This document shows positions 59,344-64,000 of a stretch of DNA of 64,000 nt, one piece after another. The notes under the pieces are model-generated. The model saw only the letters and a program-made list of their open reading frames with translations, was not told the origin of the DNA and did not search any database. The stretch is taken from assembly GCA_963666285.1 (NCBI GenBank), contig OY762711.1; one strand, written 5' to 3'. This stretch comes from Sedimentisphaerales bacterium (GTDB lineage Bacteria > Planctomycetota > Phycisphaerae > Sedimentisphaerales > SM23-30). Numbering within the stretch: the first letter of the stretch is position 1; each line of letters begins with the position of its first letter. The position numbers and the translations under genes were made by a program.

Positions 59344-62300
59344 ATGAAGGCGAAGTCGTATTTAATAATTTTCGGGATATTCCTATTAATAATCAATATA
59401 TGCGGTATCGCATGGATACAGCACACAATATCTTCTAATAAGAATGTGGTGAAGGTCCGTTCAGCGTGTTTTTATCCGGACGATTACAACCCTGACAGGA
59501 TAAAAGTAACATTCGACCGGAAGCTGGCGAGTGACAGTGAGATAGGTAATACTGCCGCGGCATTGTTTGAGGTTGAGCCTTCGCTGTCCGGCAGCTGGCA
59601 ATGGGAAAGTGGTAGTACCGCATCGTTTTGCCTGGACATGCCGTTGGGGCCGGGCAGAAAGGTAAGTTTGAGTGCGGTAGAGAATTTTGTCGAGCTAACG
59701 AGCTATGAGCTTGACTGTGATGATGGTTTGTCACTTGAGACAGTTCCACTGTGTTATGAATATGCGAGGGTGATGACGTCCGATAATCATAATGTGATGG
59801 TCGAAGTTTCGTTCAATCAGCCGGTAAGCCCGGACGACTTTATGAAGCATGTGCGGTTTTATGATGCGGGTGTACTGGAAGATAAGATAATCAGAAATGT
59901 CAAGGCGGTGACGCATGAAGCCGGCAGTGAGATAGTTGTCCAGGTTGCCAGGAGCGATTCAGACAGGCTGCTGATGGTGATAGATAAGGAGCTGAAAGGT
60001 GATAAGGCGGATTTGCCGCTGGGAAATGAGGTAAAGGAGATCCTGGAGATCGACTGTCGGTTTATGTACCTGGATCAGTATGTATATGGTGGTGATTTTG
60101 GAGAAAGCGTACGGGTAGATCTGACATTCAGTCAGAAGCTGGCAGAAGAGCTGCCGGAGCTTAATATATCGCCAAAGGTTGAGGGGCTGACGGTAAGTAG
60201 GTGGCGTGATGAGCTGGTTCTGAGAGGTAAATTTGAGCCGGCAACGAGATACGCGATAAAGATACCGGCGGTGCTGTCGTCAGAAAATGAGGTAACACTG
60301 GGTAAAGAAGTTGAGGTTCTGGTTGATATTCCGGATGCAGAGCCAAAGGTTGAATTTGTTTATTCCGGCGGGATATTGTCGCCGCGCGGAACAAAGACAA
60401 TCGAGGCCAAAGCTGTGAATATTTCTAACCTGGAGCTCAGGTCGTGGCGAGTATATGAAAATAACCTGGTGTCATTTTTGCATGGCGGCAGGGTCGGCGG
60501 AACGGCACGAGAAGTGAACAGCAGGGATATAGAGCTTGACCTGTCGAGAAATAAGGCAGAGAAGCTGGCATTGGAGTTGAACACATTGATTGGTGCGGGT
60601 CCGGGAATATATTCGCTGTCGATAAGGAATAAAGAATGTTTTTGGAACCGGGACGATAGCCTGGTAGTGATTTCCGATATTGCGATAACGACCAAACAAT
60701 CCAAGGATGAGGTTGTGGTATGGGTTACCTCGCTGGCAGATGGTAAGTGTATAGAAGGAGCAGTGGTAAAAGGGATATCGTATCAGAACCAGAAACTGGC
60801 AGAGGGCAAGACGAATAAAGACGGAATAGCAAGGTTGAAGTATGTTACGGGTGGTGACAAGGGAGCGATATGGCTGGTGACGGCGCAGCTGGGAAAGGAT
60901 ATGAACTATGTTAAGCCGGGATTAAACCAGTGGGTAGTAGATGGAGTTGATCAATCCGGCAGACCGTGGCCGGAAAATTATGAGGTGATGCTGTACCCGG
61001 AAAGAGGAGTGTATCGACCGGGTGAAAAGATATATATAACCGGCGTGATAAGGGATAAGACAGGTGGCGTGCCGCCGGTTATGCCTTATGAGCTGAAAGT
61101 GTACCGGCCGGACGGCAAAGAGGTTGAAAGTGTGATAGTCAAGCCGGGTGAGGGCAGCCATGGAGTATTTCAGAATGTTTTCCAGACGATGGTGTATTAC
61201 CAGACGGGATTATATACAGTGAGTGTGTGTTTGCCGGGTTCTGAGCGAGAGCTGGGCAGTACGAGTGTTTCGTTAGAAATGTTTACCCCGCTGCGTATGA
61301 AGGTTCAGGCGTCCAGCAGCCATATGAGGTATGGCCCGGAAGAGAATCCAAAGCTTGATATCTCGGCCCGTTATCTGTGGGATCAGCCGGCGTCGGAACT
61401 GGAGGCAGCAATTAATAATGACTATGTGCAGAGGTGTTTTGTTGCTGAGGATTACAAGGACTACAGCTTTGGTGTCAAAAGAACAGCTGAAGAAGTAAAG
61501 GCGAAAACAGTAAAGCAGAATTTGAATGAAGAAGGAAAGCTTGAAGTTGAGCTGGAGGTACCGGAATCGCTGAAAAAGGGATACTATCGATTGTATTCGA
61601 CGGTGACGGTAACGGAGCCGGGAGCGAGGTCGGTTTCGAGCAGCAGCTCGGCTATAGTTGATTTACTGGATCATCATATTGGCGTACGTAATATGGCCGG
61701 CAGGATAGCGGTGCCGGGCGAGTCGTTTAATATCGAATGGGTTAGCCTGGATGGTCAGGGTAAGCCGCTGGCGGTAGATGTTCTGAGCTATGAATTATTG
61801 TCGATAGAATATAATACAACGCTGAAGATAGTAAATGGTGAATATGTCTGGGATTCAAAAGAGAAGATAACCAAGGTCTTGGAGGCGGAACTGCAATCGA
61901 TAGATAATCATGCCGGGGAATTTGCGTTGAAATGCGATAACAGCGGTTATTACAGGCTGGTTCTGGAAGATGCAGAAAGCGGCAGCAAGACAGAGGTAGA
62001 TTTTTATTGTTCGGAATACGGCGATAAGCACAGCCTGGCGATGAATGAGCCTGAAAAGGTTGAGGTTGTGACAGATAAGTCTGTTTATAAGCCAGGTGAT
62101 ACGGTAAAGGTATTGTTGAGAAGCCCGGTAGAAGGACAGGTGCTGGTGACACAGGAAACTGATCGCGTATTAAGTTACTACCTGGCAGAGGTGCGTGATA
62201 ATGCCGCGGAGCTGGAGGTGACGGTGGATAAATCGGCACGAGGCAGTGTTTATTTTGCAGCTACGGTGATCCGCAAGGTTGACCCGGAACAGACAGACTG

Positions 62301-64000
62301 GCTGCCGCATCGAGGATATGGAATGGCTCGAGTGAAGATAGATCATTCATCTAATAAGCTGCCGCTTGAGATAGTGTGTGAGGGCAGACAGAAGCCGGGA
62401 AGTAAGACCACTGTAACGGTTGACAGTGGTTTGCCGACGGACCCGAACCACCCGGCGATGGTTCACTTATGGGCGGTAGATGAGGGGGTATTACTGGCGT
62501 CCAATTACAAAAATCCGGATCCATATAAATTCTTTTTGCAGGCGAGAAAGCCGGGAGTAAGCAGTTCAGATTTGTTTAACAGGCTGTTGCCGGATTATAA
62601 GCGAGCGGAGTCGATGGTGAGAATAGGAGCGGGAGGAGAGTCTGAGTTTGGCCGTTTGCGTCGCAGTAGTCCGACAGCGACAAAATCCCGCGAGTCGGCG
62701 GTGATATGGAATGATGTATTGCCGACAGATAAGACCGGTAAATTGCAGGTAGAGCTGGTGATGCCGGAGATGACCGGACAGATGCGTTTGATGGCGACAG
62801 CGTTTGATGCGGATCGATACGGGAGCTGTGATGGTTCGGTGGTTTTGGCGAAAGAGCTGTCGATAGAGACATCGTGTCCTAAATTTGTGGCACCGGGCGA
62901 CAGGTTTATGGTGCCGGTGCGAATATTCAATAATAAGACAGAAGCGGTATCAGTTTGGCTGGGGGCAAAACTCTCCGGTGCGGTTGGCAGTGAAGAAAGC
63001 GGGGTAAGAGAGTTCAGTATCGAGCCTAATAAGTCGATTTTGTATATGATGAATGTTTGTGCGGTAGAATCAGGAGAAGGCAAGATAGAATTAACCGCAG
63101 GAACCAATGGCGGGCAGGGGATATCTGATAATGTTGTATTGAATATGACAGTACGGCCGGTATCAGCATTGTGTACCGAGGTTAAAACTGAGGCATTTGA
63201 CGCCGGGAGTGAAATAAGGATATCGCCTTCAGAGACGTATATTGCAGATACAGAGTATATGAAGCTGAAGATATTTTCCAAGCCGTCGATCCAGATGGCA
63301 CCGACGCTGGAGAAGCTGGTTGGATATCCTTATGGATGTGTGGAGCAGACAGCCAGCAGGGTATTTGGTTTATTATTCTCTCGTGAAATAATCGAAGCGG
63401 GTCGAAACGAGGATATTGAGACATTAGTAGAGGCCGGTCTGGCGAGGTTGTGGAGTATGCAAACGCCTAACGGCGGTTTGAGCTATTGGCCGGGCGGTAC
63501 TTCGGATTATCCTTGGGGTACTGCGTATGTCGGGTGGTGTCTAACAGAAGCGAAAAAAGTTGGGTATGCGGTGGATGACAGGTTTGTTGAGTCGCTGATG
63601 GACTACTTGGAGAAGGAACTGGTGAATACCGGTTCGTATAATAATGAGGTTGATATCAATACCAGGGCTCTGATATGCAGGGTGCTGGCGAGCAACAGCA
63701 GGGGGCAAACCGGCTGGATTAATAGTTTGTATGAACGAAAAGATCGGCTGGATATGGGCGGTAAAGCACATTTGGCAATAGCGTTGCACAATCTGGGCCG
63801 TGATGAAGAAGCATTGCAGCTTTTGCCGGAAGAAGCTATGGAGGTATCGATAGAAACGACTTCCAGCGGCCGGTTGACATCGAAACTATATCAGCAGGCA
63901 TTGCTGCTGATGGTCTTGATGGAGATAGTGCCGGAAAATATGAAGGCGGCACAGCTGGCCGAAGAGGTAAGTAATACCATATTGGATGGCAGGATTTACA
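59344..64000 (+). CDS. bacterial alpha-2-macroglobulin (YfhM-like), truncated by the window end
   Basis: Not in the ORF track. ATG 59344 after an AAGGA RBS; N-terminal TM; ERGVYRPGE, LWAVDEG, MPEMTGQMRLMA, PKFVAPGD, thioester YPYGCVEQT (CVEQ at 63337-63348, same frame) and MQTPNGGLSYWPG. Confidence 0.93.
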   Translation, partial: MKAKSYLIIFGIFLLIINICGIAWIQHTISSNKNVVKVRSACFYPDDYNPDRIKVTFDRKLASDSEIGNTAAALFEVEPSLSGSWQWESGSTASFCLDMPLGPGRKVSLSAVENFVELTSYELDCDDGLSLETVPLCYEYARVMTSDNHNVMVEVSFNQPVSPDDFMKHVRFYDAGVLEDKIIRNVKAVTHEAGSEIVVQVARSDSDRLLMVIDKELKGDKADLPLGNEVKEILEIDCRFMYLDQYVYGGDFGESVRVDLTFSQKLAEELPELNISPKVEGLTVSRWRDELVLRGKFEPATRYAIKIPAVLSSENEVTLGKEVEVLVDIPDAEPKVEFVYSGGILSPRGTKTIEAKAVNISNLELRSWRVYENNLVSFLHGGRVGGTAREVNSRDIELDLSRNKAEKLALELNTLIGAGPGIYSLSIRNKECFWNRDDSLVVISDIAITTKQSKDEVVVWVTSLADGKCIEGAVVKGISYQNQKLAEGKTNKDGIARLKYVTGGDKGAIWLVTAQLGKDMNYVKPGLNQWVVDGVDQSGRPWPENYEVMLYPERGVYRPGEKIYITGVIRDKTGGVPPVMPYELKVYRPDGKEVESVIVKPGEGSHGVFQNVFQTMVYYQTGLYTVSVCLPGSERELGSTSVSLEMFTPLRMKVQASSSHMRYGPEENPKLDISARYLWDQPASELEAAINNDYVQRCFVAEDYKDYSFGVKRTAEEVKAKTVKQNLNEEGKLEVELEVPESLKKGYYRLYSTVTVTEPGARSVSSSSSAIVDLLDHHIGVRNMAGRIAVPGESFNIEWVSLDGQGKPLAVDVLSYELLSIEYNTTLKIVNGEYVWDSKEKITKVLEAELQSIDNHAGEFALKCDNSGYYRLVLEDAESGSKTEVDFYCSEYGDKHSLAMNEPEKVEVVTDKSVYKPGDTVKVLLRSPVEGQVLVTQETDRVLSYYLAEVRDNAAELEVTVDKSARGSVYFAATVIRKVDPEQTDWLPHRGYGMARVKIDHSSNKLPLEIVCEGRQKPGSKTTVTVDSGLPTDPNHPAMVHLWAVDEGVLLASNYKNPDPYKFFLQARKPGVSSSDLFNRLLPDYKRAESMVRIGAGGESEFGRLRRSSPTATKSRESAVIWNDVLPTDKTGKLQVELVMPEMTGQMRLMATAFDADRYGSCDGSVVLAKELSIETSCPKFVAPGDRFMVPVRIFNNKTEAVSVWLGAKLSGAVGSEESGVREFSIEPNKSILYMMNVCAVESGEGKIELTAGTNGGQGISDNVVLNMTVRPVSALCTEVKTEAFDAGSEIRISPSETYIADTEYMKLKIFSKPSIQMAPTLEKLVGYPYGCVEQTASRVFGLLFSREIIEAGRNEDIETLVEAGLARLWSMQTPNGGLSYWPGGTSDYPWGTAYVGWCLTEAKKVGYAVDDRFVESLMDYLEKELVNTGSYNNEVDINTRALICRVLASNSRGQTGWINSLYERKDRLDMGGKAHLAIALHNLGRDEEALQLLPEEAMEVSIETTSSGRLTSKLYQQALLLMVLMEIVPENMKAAQLAEEVSNTILDGRIY

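Overview
Bacterial chromosomal window, about 40% GC by eye, with a strongly G/purine-rich + strand. Gene content suggests a planctomycete of the Phycisphaerae/Sedimentisphaerales type (inference from the two-ATPase pilB-pilT-pilB-pilC locus, a DUF1559-like prepilin and a dockerin-like C-terminus). Housekeeping genes: ackA, pta, a PgsA-like enzyme, YihY, murE, araA, queA and nadA. Accessory genes: TPR/Sel1 proteins, a GH14-like hydrolase, an MFS transporter, a methyltransferase, GPP34, an MCP, an MpaA-like peptidase and a carbonic-anhydrase-like protein. Two genes run off the window edges and are missing from the ORF track: a DUF116 protein at the left and an alpha-2-macroglobulin with a CVEQ thioester motif at the right. 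The best candidate for an undescribed system is the 17.4-kb type IV pilus/T2SS-like locus (28.7-46.1 kb). Three otherwise dissimilar minor-pilin genes share near-identical DNA over the start region and leader, ending at the prepilin cleavage site. One of them carries an in-frame G12 tract. The 1656-aa GspK/PilX-like gene looks compositionally mosaic. The genes are separated by a modular 'hairpin at the stop codon - AAGTGA heptamer run - hairpin' element that recurs elsewhere, once next to a truncated four-helix-bundle gene. Also seen: an internally deleted MCP paralogue that keeps its promoter-like and terminator flanks, two structured 5' leaders, and DPN tripeptide enrichment in exported proteins. 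No tRNA, rRNA, CRISPR array, transposase, integrase or reverse transcriptase was recognised.
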